Positions 19,408 through 29,550 of a stretch of DNA of 64,000 nt are shown piece by piece. Position 1 is the first letter of the stretch. Each line of letters begins with the position of its first letter. The stretch lies in assembly GCA_965263355.1 (NCBI GenBank), contig CBDHHL010000056.1:160001-224000 (forward strand), given 5' to 3'. Below the pieces are notes generated by a model. That model ran no database searches. It was not told the origin of the DNA and was given only the letters and a program-made list of their open reading frames with translations. A program made the translations under genes and the position numbers. The stretch comes from Leptolyngbyaceae cyanobacterium. GTDB lineage: Bacteria; Cyanobacteriota; Cyanobacteriia; Phormidesmidales; Phormidesmidaceae.

Positions 19408-20532
19408 TTAACCAGCAAGCAGTGCCAGGACCTGTTGTGCTTTAACAATATGTCCCTGTTCAAACAGCACATCTGCTAACGCATGATAGGTGCCAGAAAC
19501 CTTATCTGTGTAGGACTTAAGCAACGCTTCATCGGTAAAATCTTGCCGCATCTCTTCCTGCACCTTGACCGCTTGTGTGTAAAAAATAATTGCCAGTTCT
19601 GGTTGTTCTTGGGTCTTAAAGAGAAACCCTAAATTTCTTAGTGTGTTTTCTTCTCCCTGGCGATCACCAGTCTCACGGGCAATCACCAGTCGGTCCTCAT
19701 ACATCTCAACCGCCTGCTCATATTGTTCTAAGTTACGATAAGCGACGCCTAAATTTCCTAGGGCATTTCCTTCTCCCTGACGGTCGCCAATCTCCCGGAC
19801 AATCACCAACTGCTGCTCATAAAGCTCAATTGCTTGCTGCTGTCGATCCAGGGTCAGGTAGATATTGCCTAAATTTCCCAGGGTATTTCCTTCCCCCTGG
19901 CGATCGCAAATTTCACGAGCGATCGCAAGTCGTTGCTCATACACTTCAATCGCCTGTTCATACTGCCCCAGGTTAAAGTAAGCAAATCCCAGATTGCCTA
20001 GCGCCTTACCATGTTCCGCTGGGTCCCCAAGGGCACAAACAATTACGAGCCGTTGCTTAAACAGGGCAATAGCCCGCTGATGCTGGCCCAGACTAAAGTA
20101 AGTACTGCCCAAATTTCCCAGAACTATTCCTTGCCGCCGTTGATCCCCAACTTCGCGAATAATTGCCAGACTTTGTTCGTAACATTCAACAGCCCGCTGA
20201 TACTGACCTAAACTGTTGTAAACCAGGCCTAAATTACCAAATACTCGGCCTTCCCCGAGCCGATTGCCAAGTTCGCTATACAGGTCTAAGGCCAAATGCC
20301 AATTTTTAAGTGCCCGGTGAAAAAGACTCGATTGATGTTGTTCAATCCCCCGCTGCAGTAGCTCATCAGCCTTAGACTTGATGGCAGCCCGATAGTTAAC
20401 CGGTTTGGCTGCCTGAACATCTTTTGTTGGTTGGATCAACGGGTTAAATGCAATGTCAGGTAGAACCGTTGATTCAATTGCTTTGGTGGTGAGTAAATGC
20501 ATGTTTGAGCCTCGGCAAACTGCCCAGTACAT
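19408..20532 (-). CDS. Tetratricopeptide repeat protein
   Basis: About six 40-aa repeats of the form GDRQGEGNALGNLG..Y..L.QY.QA.E.YEQ.L.IARE. Confidence 0.9.
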   Translation of the reverse strand: MYWAVCRGSNMHLLTTKAIESTVLPDIAFNPLIQPTKDVQAAKPVNYRAAIKSKADELLQRGIEQHQSSLFHRALKNWHLALDLYSELGNRLGEGRVFGNLGLVYNSLGQYQRAVECYEQSLAIIREVGDQRRQGIVLGNLGSTYFSLGQHQRAIALFKQRLVIVCALGDPAEHGKALGNLGFAYFNLGQYEQAIEVYEQRLAIAREICDRQGEGNTLGNLGNIYLTLDRQQQAIELYEQQLVIVREIGDRQGEGNALGNLGVAYRNLEQYEQAVEMYEDRLVIARETGDRQGEENTLRNLGFLFKTQEQPELAIIFYTQAVKVQEEMRQDFTDEALLKSYTDKVSGTYHALADVLFEQGHIVKAQQVLALLAG

Positions 20533-20700
20533 ACATTGATCATGGGTGATATTCCGAGTGGAATTACTCTAGCTGTTACTAATCAAAATAAAAGACTGAC
20601 GGATTGTGGCGATTGTTGTTTTTCTTATGAAGTTTATTGACTATGCAAACAATTATGTAGCAAATAAAATCTGTCCACTGTCCGGTGGGCTGTGCTCACC

Positions 20701-21936
20701 CTACTTTTTGACTTGGGTAACACGCCAGCTGAGTTTTAGGTTCATCCAGAAGTTCCAGGCGGTGACTACTGCGATCGCAATTAAATTTGCTAAATACCGA
20801 TATTGCTGACCAAAGAAAATATTAAAGATTAGATTCAGTAGCAGCACATTCAGCACCAGCCCTGACAGGCAGACAATATTGAACTTTAGAAACCGCTTAA
20901 GTCGAGCCGCCATACCTTGCTGCGATCGCGAAATATCTGCAAAGGTCCAGGCATCATTCCATAAAAAGTTATTGAGAATTGCTACCTCACCCGCCATAAT
21001 TTTGCTGCGGGTCAGGCCCCAAGCCAGGGTACTGGGGTCGCTCAGTAAATACAGCACCGCCATATCTACGAAGACGCCGCTCAGCCCAACAACGCCAAAC
21101 CGTAGAAATCGCCCAATGGGAAACTTTTGACGAATGCGGGCAATACGTCCTTGGGAACGTAATCTGACCAAATGGCCCAAATACTCAATGTATTGCTTCC
21201 AGGTGACCTTGCTTTCCCCGGCTTTGCGCTCTTGGAAAACATAGCCCACCTCGGCAATGTCCCCCACCTGTCCACGGCCAATGACCTCTAGTAGAATTTT
21301 GTAGCCCAACGGATTTAGGGTGGGTCCGGCAATGGCACTGCGCCGCACCATAAAATAACCGCTCATGGGGTCCGTAACCCGACCCACCACGCTCGGTAAA
21401 ATCAGCAGCCCTAACATTTGGGCTCCCCGTGATAAAAACCGTCGCAGGGGACTCCAGTCACTAACGCCTCCCCCTTCCACGTGACGGCTAGCCACGGCTA
21501 AATCAGCCCCAGTCTGGACCTGTTTAACCATTTGTTTTAAGGTGTCAGGCGGATGCTGTAAATCTGCATCGATCACTCCCAAAATTTCTCCCTGAGCTAC
21601 CTGCCAGCCTCGGATCACGGCTGATGATAACCCCCGCTCGTCCTGCCGTCGCATCACCCGCAGCTGATGATAATGGGATGTCAACTGTTGGGCTACGTCC
21701 CAAGTCCGATCCGGGCTATCATCATCTACCAAAATCAGTTCATACTGGTCTGGCAAAAGATTGTCCAATAGGGCTGAGAGGTGGGAAACCAGCTTGCCCA
21801 CATTTTTGCTTTCGTTATAAGTAGGAATTACTAGGGAAAACGTCAGACTGGCGGGAGTAGATGCAATCTTGAGTGGTCCCTGGGGCGGTTTAACTAGCTC
21901 AGAGATATAGGAAGTCATCGCATACAGGGGGGACAA
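20701..21936 (-). CDS. Polyprenol/dolichol-phosphate mannosyltransferase-like GT2 fused to a GtrA domain
   Basis: VIPTYNE, VDDDSPD, IDADLQHPP, DPMSGYF and GYKILLE motifs; C-terminal GtrA transmembrane bundle. Confidence 0.9.
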   Translation of the reverse strand: MSPLYAMTSYISELVKPPQGPLKIASTPASLTFSLVIPTYNESKNVGKLVSHLSALLDNLLPDQYELILVDDDSPDRTWDVAQQLTSHYHQLRVMRRQDERGLSSAVIRGWQVAQGEILGVIDADLQHPPDTLKQMVKQVQTGADLAVASRHVEGGGVSDWSPLRRFLSRGAQMLGLLILPSVVGRVTDPMSGYFMVRRSAIAGPTLNPLGYKILLEVIGRGQVGDIAEVGYVFQERKAGESKVTWKQYIEYLGHLVRLRSQGRIARIRQKFPIGRFLRFGVVGLSGVFVDMAVLYLLSDPSTLAWGLTRSKIMAGEVAILNNFLWNDAWTFADISRSQQGMAARLKRFLKFNIVCLSGLVLNVLLLNLIFNIFFGQQYRYLANLIAIAVVTAWNFWMNLKLSWRVTQVKK

Positions 21937-22001
21937 ATAACCCTATGAAGGCGTTGTGTGAACGCCTCTACCAAAGGGATTGATAATAACTTAAACTACC
22001 T

Positions 22002-23648
22002 TTAAGGTGATGGATTAACGCTTATCAGTCCACGATAGAACGGATATTTACCAAAGGTACCCAATGATCTAAAGGATATGCTCATTGCACCTTCATCGTC
22101 ACCTAGCTGTTTTGAGGTCAGGATGCCCTCATTGGGCGTAGCGCAGGGGACCGCTGGCTCACAAATGTATAAAAAGGATGACTCTCCCTGGTTAACTAGT
22201 TCCGCAGCTAGTTGCCTGACGGCCTCATGGGTTTCAGTGCGGAAAAATGTCTTAAATCGAAGGCTGGGCCAAAGCTGATGGGCTACCTGCTGTTGTGATA
22301 TGGCTACCCAGCGTTCGTTGTAGTGGGCCAGGGCCGCAATCGCTGGGGCAACAGGGGCATGGTTACTGGGTAGGGAGATGGAGTTGGTTTGTTGATCGCG
22401 GTAGACGTGCAATCCACCTTTGATAACGTTGATATGAAACCCCAAGGCCATCACTAGGGCAAGGGCGATCAGTAGTACCTGACGTTTTTGGCGCACTGAC
22501 CACAGGTGTTGCAGGCCAGCGGCGACCATTAGACCGGTCATGGGCACCAAAATAAGGTACAGTCTGGGACCCCATTGCATATCTGCGGTTCCCGATGGAG
22601 CGATTAGGGGAACTGCGATCGCAAATAACCCGCCGATAGTCATCAACACGATGCCCGTAGCCCGAGCCCGTCCCTGCATAAACCAAGGTAGTCCCAGGGC
22701 TAATACAACAGCCGGAAAATACCGCAGCAGTGAGATGATCATAAAACCATAGTTCTGCCAGATTTGAACACTCCGTTGTCCAATAGATGAACTCCCTTGC
22801 AGGCCATATATACCCAAGAAACGGCCATACATGACACCGTTAATTCCTAATAGACCAAGTATGGTTAAGGCCATTGCGCCAGTGAAGGCGACTACTAAAC
22901 CTAGGGTTAAGCCCCGAGGGATAATCCCCTTTAACTGGGCAGGGAGCCAAGGGCAACGGCTGGCCATAACAGTGACAGCCAAAATCAGACCTAAACATAT
23001 AAATTCTGGTCGAAACCATAGGGCCAGCCCAACGCAGACACCGTCAACCATCGCTTCATTCAAACTGATGCGATGGTTTTGTCCCTCCGGTAAGACATGA
23101 AGTAATAGGCCCGACAGCCCCCAAAACGCTAAGGCAGTCGCCAGGGTATGCTCCCAGTACATGGCCCCATAGAGAGTTAACGGTGAGGCCAAAATTACCA
23201 GTCCCATGCCTAGGGCCGTGATTGCTGAATGGATTCGCCACACTCGACACACTTGCCATAGCCGCAGCCAGGTAACCCATAACGATACCAGGGGCACCAC
23301 ATAAAGACCGTGGTAACCCATCAGCTTATAAAACGAGGCCGTAATTGCAGGAAACGTAAATGGAAAGGTGATAAAGTAAGTGCCCTGCTGCTCGTAAACA
23401 TAGGGGGGAGCCAATGGATAAAGCCCCTGTTGCCATAGGATTTTCACCCAAGTTGGTTGGGAAATATCCAGAGATGTTTGCAATTTACCTGTACTAAATT
23501 GCTGCGCCAATAGGGCTTTTAACCCGGCATCACTGCTAAAAAATACTCCGTCGCGGTTGTAGATCTGCAGTCCTAGACTTAACCCTATTCCTAGTAGGAA
23601 AACAAGCCCAGGTAATACCCAGGACAGCCACTTCCTCGATTTGAACAT
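22002..23648 (-). CDS. Polytopic membrane protein, putative GT-C glycosyltransferase
   Basis: Many transmembrane segments; FSSDAGLK, YWEHT, FRPE and QWGPR motifs; directly upstream of the GT2-GtrA gene. Confidence 0.6.
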   Translation of the reverse strand: MFKSRKWLSWVLPGLVFLLGIGLSLGLQIYNRDGVFFSSDAGLKALLAQQFSTGKLQTSLDISQPTWVKILWQQGLYPLAPPYVYEQQGTYFITFPFTFPAITASFYKLMGYHGLYVVPLVSLWVTWLRLWQVCRVWRIHSAITALGMGLVILASPLTLYGAMYWEHTLATALAFWGLSGLLLHVLPEGQNHRISLNEAMVDGVCVGLALWFRPEFICLGLILAVTVMASRCPWLPAQLKGIIPRGLTLGLVVAFTGAMALTILGLLGINGVMYGRFLGIYGLQGSSSIGQRSVQIWQNYGFMIISLLRYFPAVVLALGLPWFMQGRARATGIVLMTIGGLFAIAVPLIAPSGTADMQWGPRLYLILVPMTGLMVAAGLQHLWSVRQKRQVLLIALALVMALGFHINVIKGGLHVYRDQQTNSISLPSNHAPVAPAIAALAHYNERWVAISQQQVAHQLWPSLRFKTFFRTETHEAVRQLAAELVNQGESSFLYICEPAVPCATPNEGILTSKQLGDDEGAMSISFRSLGTFGKYPFYRGLISVNPSP

Positions 23649-23850
23649 TACATAGCCAGATTGAATAGTCAGATTGAAGGCTCAATTGTAACTAGTGTTA
23701 CTAAAGCTGTGCTTAGCAACAATATCTACAGGCAAGGCCTCAGCTAAAACCTGAGACTATCCAAGTTCAACGAAGGCGATATCCGATCTCAGTAAAGACA
23801 GCCGTGGATTATCCTACTCTTTAAGATCACCCTATTTATGCAAAGCTTTT

Positions 23851-24696
23851 CTAAGGAAGAGCAACGTGACCCACTACCTGAGTCGTGGCAAACAGTTGTT
23901 GAGCTTGCCAAAATACATAGGCTGACATCACGGCTAAAAAGATCCTGAAAATCAATTTCACAATCTTATCCGGTAGTTTTGGTAAGAAACGAGCACTCAA
24001 ACGCACACCAAATAAACTACCTGTTCCTAAAATCAGACCTGGGGCAATTAGCAGATTGCCCTTGCTGGCATGTACGATACTGGCAAATAGGGCCACAATA
24101 ACTAACACACCTAAGCTAGTTTGGATGGCTTCTTTAATGTGTCGCCCTAATAACAGCATTTGCAACGTGATCATCACGATGCCACCACCTACGCCTAGAA
24201 TTCCGGTCAGTAGCCCAGCAATACTACCAACCAGTAATTCAGATACTAAGGGGCTTAAGGATAACGCGTGAGTTTTTTTGTCTTTGATGGCTAAGCGTTG
24301 TCGACAATCAATCAAGTAAATATTAGCTAACAAAAATATCCCAAACATCAGCAAGATGATGTGAGGTGGGATGTTTGTGGCTATGCGTACACCGATCTGA
24401 GCTGTGACTAGCGCAGGCACTGCTAAATAGATTACCCGAGTCAAATCAAGGCAACCCATTCTCCAGTTTTGAATGCTACCTGCAAATGCTGTAATGGTAA
24501 TCGCCAAGCTACTGGTAGCGACCACCTTAATCGGGGCATAGCCAAGGGTAATCATTAGAGGGACCAGAATGATGCCGCCGCCAATGCCCAGTAGTCCGGC
24601 CAACATTCCTGTCACCACACCGCCGCTGGCCAATAATAGCCAACTTTCTAATACCATTTGTAGAGCACCTTGTAACTTGATCAAGCGTGCATGCAC
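23851..24696 (-). CDS. Sulfite exporter TauE/SafE family protein (likely start about 24657)
   Basis: Duplicated GLLGIGGG / GILGVGGG motifs and ATSSL / QTSL motifs. Confidence 0.88.
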   Translation of the reverse strand: MHARLIKLQGALQMVLESWLLLASGGVVTGMLAGLLGIGGGIILVPLMITLGYAPIKVVATSSLAITITAFAGSIQNWRMGCLDLTRVIYLAVPALVTAQIGVRIATNIPPHIILLMFGIFLLANIYLIDCRQRLAIKDKKTHALSLSPLVSELLVGSIAGLLTGILGVGGGIVMITLQMLLLGRHIKEAIQTSLGVLVIVALFASIVHASKGNLLIAPGLILGTGSLFGVRLSARFLPKLPDKIVKLIFRIFLAVMSAYVFWQAQQLFATTQVVGHVALP

Positions 24697-24828
24697 ACTT
24701 GGACGTTTTCAGATTGGTTATAAACCCATTGTTGGGAATCCATTGCAGATAGCCACCTGTCAGCGTTTTTACGGACAGATGGCTATCGACAAGGCTTTAA
24801 TCTACCCATATTGGGTAAGGTTTTGTAG

Positions 24829-24902
24829 CTAAACCATGTCCACGTTCAAACCTGTAGATTCTTCGCCGGAAAAACGACCGGTCTATACCTGGACAAGGTT
24901 TA
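24829..24902 (+). repeat. About 74-bp MITE-like dispersed repeat, copy 2
   Basis: ctaaaccatgtccacgttcaaacctg...aaaacgaccggtctatacctggacaaggttta. Confidence 0.7.
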
Positions 24903-24919
24903 ATACATCAGGTAACCCC

Positions 24920-26092
24920 TTAGACCAAAGCAGGTGATTGCATAGACTCAACTAGAATCTCAGCAATCTCGGGGCGAGTGAACTCGGCAGGGGGCCTCTT
25001 GCCTTCCTTAAGCATGGCTCGCACTTTGGTACCGGAAAGGTGAATGCGATCTTCTTTGGCACTGGGGCTAGTTTTGGCAGTGGCCATCCCCTTAGTCAGC
25101 TTGCAGTAGAAGGCATGCTCAAACTTAACAGGCTTAATCTTTAATTCGTCGGAATTAAATTCTTCAAACATTTTCTGGGCGTCATAGGTGCCGTAGTAGT
25201 CACCGACACCAGCATGGTCACGACCGACGATAAAGTGAGTGCAGCCATAGTTTTGACGTGCGATCGCATGCATAATCGCTTCCCGAGGACCGGCATAGCG
25301 CATAGCTGCAGGAAAGACACCCAACAAAGTGCGATCTTTAGGATAGTAAAGGCTCATGATCGTCTCGTAGCACTTCACTCGCACATCAGCGGGAATATCA
25401 TCAGCCTTAGTCATCCCCACCAATGGGTTAATAAAGAGTCCATCAACAGTCTCAAGGGCTGTCTTAGTGATGTACTCATGGGCTCGGTGAATAGGATTTC
25501 GAGTCTGGAAAGCAACAACAGTATTCCACTCGCGATTAGCAAACTCAAGTCGAGTCTGCACGGGACTTAAACGATACTGCTGAAAGTTATCGTAGGGAAC
25601 GTCGTTAACCAAAGAAATAGGCCCACCCAAGTAAACGGGCCCCTCAGCTTTCATCGCTTTCACACCAGGGTGGGCATCCTCAGTTGTGAGATACACCTGC
25701 TGCGCTTCATGGTCCTGGTCAGGGGTAAACTTGCTCTCAACCGTCATCACCGCCAGAATGTCTCCGTTGGGATGGGCAAGGGCAATCTGACTATCCAGAC
25801 GGCACTTTTCAGCCTCTGATTCAGGGATTTGCAATGTTACAGGAATGGACCATGCCAGCCCATTGCTGAGACGCATATTATTAACAATAAGATTGTACTC
25901 AGCTTCAGTTACAAACCCTTCCAAAGGGCTGTAAATACCCGTAGCAATACACTGTAAATCAGCAATGTTGCGCTTCGAAAGCGTAATCCGTGGCAGCGCA
26001 TGGGCCTTTTCAAATGTATCCTGACGTTCGTTGCCCTCTAAAGCACGATTAACCAACTGCTGACCATGGGGCTCAATCAAACCTAAAGACAT
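24920..26092 (-). CDS. sat: Sulfate adenylyltransferase
   Basis: AFQTRNPIHRAHEY, MRYAGPREA, HFIVGRDHAGVG and LSGTKVR motifs. Confidence 0.97.
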   Translation of the reverse strand: MSLGLIEPHGQQLVNRALEGNERQDTFEKAHALPRITLSKRNIADLQCIATGIYSPLEGFVTEAEYNLIVNNMRLSNGLAWSIPVTLQIPESEAEKCRLDSQIALAHPNGDILAVMTVESKFTPDQDHEAQQVYLTTEDAHPGVKAMKAEGPVYLGGPISLVNDVPYDNFQQYRLSPVQTRLEFANREWNTVVAFQTRNPIHRAHEYITKTALETVDGLFINPLVGMTKADDIPADVRVKCYETIMSLYYPKDRTLLGVFPAAMRYAGPREAIMHAIARQNYGCTHFIVGRDHAGVGDYYGTYDAQKMFEEFNSDELKIKPVKFEHAFYCKLTKGMATAKTSPSAKEDRIHLSGTKVRAMLKEGKRPPAEFTRPEIAEILVESMQSPALV

Positions 26093-26178
26093 AATGCAAC
26101 TCCACTGCGTCTCTTCGTCTACTTAACAATCTCAACAATCGAAAGCTAAATACCCAACTCAAATCTCTAGCTGACCAT

Positions 26179-26514
26179 TTACAGAAAATCCAAATCAGGA
26201 TTCTGACTCAAAATTTCGAGCGCTTGCTTAGTCTCGGATACCTCGTGGTTAAACACATCTTTCAAAAAGCGACTATAGGCCGTATAAACCGCCTCAGTCC
26301 CATCCTCTCGCTCAACGATAAAAAATGGAGCTGATTCCACACTATGCTGCACAGCAAGCTTAAATCCCTCACTTCCAGGATTTCTTTCATCAGCAGCAAC
26401 AACTCGGCCAATTGACCGCAACAGTCCTAAATTTTCTAATTCTGAAAGTACATCAGCGGACTTCCGACAAGGATTACCATCTGATTTGACCTTCTTGACC
26501 ATTGTGATATTCAT
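26179..26514 (-). CDS. Thioredoxin/glutaredoxin-like hypothetical protein (CxxS)
   Basis: Beta-strand followed by PCRKS, and a later SAPFFIV cis-Pro-like motif; lies within the sulfur operon. Confidence 0.55.
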   Translation of the reverse strand: MNITMVKKVKSDGNPCRKSADVLSELENLGLLRSIGRVVAADERNPGSEGFKLAVQHSVESAPFFIVEREDGTEAVYTAYSRFLKDVFNHEVSETKQALEILSQNPDLDFL

Positions 26515-26613
26515 TTATTGACGCTTCCTGGTATTGATGTGCTAACCCACACCCATAATTTAATTCAAAGTAATCAATTTTGGATGCGGGGAAGATTTAT
26601 TAAAACAGAACCA

Positions 26614-27363
26614 CTAGTTCGCTTTCTCTGAATTTATGGAATGAAATCCACACTCTTTCTCAGCACTATTCTCCCACCACCAGCGGCCTTCACGCTCATG
26701 TTGACCAGGCAACACAGCTATTGTGCAAGGTTCACAACCAATGCTAACAAATCCTTTCTGATGAAGTTCATTGAAAGGCACTTTGTTAAAACGGATGTAC
26801 TTCCAAACCTGGGCAGAGGACCAATTTGCTAACGGATTAAATTTGACTAATGAATGCCCTGGCGTTGAGAAAGCTGTATCAGCTTGAATCACTGGAATAC
26901 TTGCACGAGTATCGGGGCTCTGGTCCTTACGTTGGCCAGTTACCCAAGCATCAACATCGGCTAACTTCCGACGCAAAGAGTCAACTTTGCGAATAGCACA
27001 ACACTCCTTATGACCATCCTTATAGAAACTAAACATCCCCTTTGCCTTAACCAGCGCCTCAACCTTTGCTGTATCAGGGAAGAGAACCTCAATCTCCAGA
27101 TTGTACTTTTCCCTCACCTTCTCTAAAAACTGGTAAGTTTCTTTATGAAGACGACCAGTGTCAATCGTAAACACCTTAATATCATCGCGAACCTTAGTCG
27201 CCATATCAATCAGAACGACGTCCTCTGCTCCACTAAAGGAAAGTGCGATATTCTCAAACTGCCCTAGAGCAAACTCAAGAACTTGCATCGGAGACTTTTC
27301 TGCATATTTCTCCTGCAGCGCTTCAATATCTAAGCCCTGCTGCTTTACCGGGGTCTGAACCAT
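26614..27363 (-). CDS. cysH: Adenylylsulfate (APS) reductase, Fe-S type CysH
   Basis: SFSGAED, DTGRLH, ECCAIRK, WVTGQRKDQS, SIGCEPCT, REGRWWWE and ECGFH motifs. CC...CxxC marks the [4Fe-4S] APS reductases. Confidence 0.92.
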   Translation of the reverse strand: MVQTPVKQQGLDIEALQEKYAEKSPMQVLEFALGQFENIALSFSGAEDVVLIDMATKVRDDIKVFTIDTGRLHKETYQFLEKVREKYNLEIEVLFPDTAKVEALVKAKGMFSFYKDGHKECCAIRKVDSLRRKLADVDAWVTGQRKDQSPDTRASIPVIQADTAFSTPGHSLVKFNPLANWSSAQVWKYIRFNKVPFNELHQKGFVSIGCEPCTIAVLPGQHEREGRWWWENSAEKECGFHSINSEKAN

Positions 27364-27384
27364 AACCTATGTTTCTCCTCTCAA

Positions 27385-28479
27385 TTAAGCAATTGCTTGA
27401 AGTTTACTCTGCTGAGAAATTTCTGGACGCTGATCTTGAGAATTTGCCAAGCGTTGCTTGAGCATACCAAGATAATCAGCCCGGAACTGTCTTAGCTGAT
27501 AATCCTGAGGATCATCCGCCTTTAAATCCATCCAAGCCTTACGCTTGCCCAGAGCACTTCGTTCTTTGGCAGCGTCAATCATCTCATCAGTAACGGTAGT
27601 GGAGGCAGATGTCATGCGTCCATAGCCATAGAGATCCATATAGTCCTTGGTGACTGTCTCAATAATTTCAATCTCTTCGGTACTTAATGCCTGTTTGAAT
27701 TTGTCAATGTTGGCAGAGATGGGGGCAAAACAGTTGTTTTCCCACAGGGCGGATCTGCCCGCAATACTTTGAGCCTCTTGTGATGAAGAAATGTCCAACA
27801 TTGTCGGCAAAAACTCAATGCCAAAAAACTCACATACCTTTCGAAGAACAGCCTCCTGACTCATCAAAAAGTCCTCATAACGGATTGTGAGCACTCGATC
27901 AGGAAACTTTTCAGCAAGCGTCTTAGCCGCATCATGAGCCCTAACCCATGTCAAGCTATTTAATAACGCATCAAAGTCATGGATTATGGCACGATTAATG
28001 CTACAAATCTGCGCCCTGGGGTCTCTCACAACATTCAAGAACAACATGTCATCAAAGAGAGAAATCAGATCTGACGCATAATGAATATTGTCTAAGGACT
28101 TATCCATCACAACTTTCGCATCGTTCTGTTCCCCTGCTTGGAATAGCATTTCCCAAGCAATCATGTGAACATTTCGAGGCTTGTCCTTAACAGCTTCAAA
28201 AATACTGACAGGATCGAGAGCCACCTTGTCCCACTTAACCATTGTCGAATTTTGCAAACCCACCAAATCAATTGCTAATTGGAAGTAATTCCAATCATCA
28301 GCAAGATCTCCATAAGCAGGTACCAGTGGCATAAAATCCACTATGTGCATAGGATACGGTGAATAAAAATCTGAACTAACATTTAACCGCAGACGTAGTG
28401 CATGACTGCCACACCGCCTAATCGGAATCATTAGAACAGGAGTAGGCCGTTTCCCTTGCACACCAATTCCCTGAGACAT
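27385..28479 (-). CDS. Sulfotransferase family protein
   Basis: PSB-like IRRCGSHAL, MDKS, VRDPRAQ.CS and IRYEDF...EAVLRKVCEFFGI motifs. Confidence 0.85.
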   Translation of the reverse strand: MSQGIGVQGKRPTPVLMIPIRRCGSHALRLRLNVSSDFYSPYPMHIVDFMPLVPAYGDLADDWNYFQLAIDLVGLQNSTMVKWDKVALDPVSIFEAVKDKPRNVHMIAWEMLFQAGEQNDAKVVMDKSLDNIHYASDLISLFDDMLFLNVVRDPRAQICSINRAIIHDFDALLNSLTWVRAHDAAKTLAEKFPDRVLTIRYEDFLMSQEAVLRKVCEFFGIEFLPTMLDISSSQEAQSIAGRSALWENNCFAPISANIDKFKQALSTEEIEIIETVTKDYMDLYGYGRMTSASTTVTDEMIDAAKERSALGKRKAWMDLKADDPQDYQLRQFRADYLGMLKQRLANSQDQRPEISQQSKLQAIA

Positions 28480-29470
28480 AGATGCAATCTCCTAAAAACC
28501 AGAAATCATTATTTGTACGCTATAAGCCTGAACATGCAGATAGGCTCAACTATACCCCCGATAAATATCGAAACCATTTCTAGGGCAAACTAGAGCATTC
28601 TTCTGCAGATGCTAGAAAGATATACCACCACGCATTGGTAACCTCCTAAAAAATCATAAAATGCACTAAGGACAGTACTGCTTCGCTATATCAATTTTAC
28701 ATGTGTGAAAATCTTTGAAAGATAATAAAACCTCTAGAACCACGCTAATTCAACTATTTTTGAAAAGTGACCCAGGAATCTGACTGCTGATTAAGGAATA
28801 CGATTAAATATATCAGAAATATATCAGATAAATACTTTAATCAGGTGGACCCCCTAGTCACCAAACTATTAAACATCAAACAGATCTAGCAAAAATGATT
28901 ATAAATGAACTAATTACCAGACCAATAAACTGGCGGTGTTGAAAAAACTTTGAAATTGATAAAATGCCTAACTCATCAAAAATTTGAAAAAAATCGCTAG
29001 CTCAGATATACTGAAAGATTAGTCTCGTGACGTACATACAACCTTTCTTAAAGAAATGAGAAGCTTGCGAAGCGTAGAAAACCTGTAAGACGGTAAAAGT
29101 TTAAGTACCTACTTGATAGATTTCCTAGAAACGAACACTCTCTTTGCATAATCTTAGCATTTATTTATTAACTCTTAAATTACGGATTTAAGGCTATTAT
29201 TCCTTCAAGTTATTTGCTGTCTTTTGTGATACATAACAATAGGGTTATTATCTATGCAGTCCCATTGATTACTATCTGTTCAAAGGGTCTAAAAGCTGGT
29301 TTTGCTATGCCTATATTGAAGCAAAGGTAGACTCTCAAAGCTTTGATTCTAGGTGTATGTACCCTTACGTACGTATATAACTATACTTTCGACTATTGGC
29401 TTTTCCAGTACAGAATGTAGGGGCAAATCAGCCTTCAAATATTTATACGACTTGTGTGAACCAGTGCAAC

Positions 29471-29516
29471 ATAAAAAATGAACCACGAGCATTTCCTTGA
29501 GGTTTTGCTCGTGGCT
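29471..29516 (-). terminator. Intrinsic terminator of the chemotaxis-like operon
   Basis: ccacgagca / tgctcgtgg stem followed on the minus strand by tcattttttat. Confidence 0.7.
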
Positions 29517-29550
29517 ATTGCTGTATTAAGCTAAGCTGGCTATCAAATTA

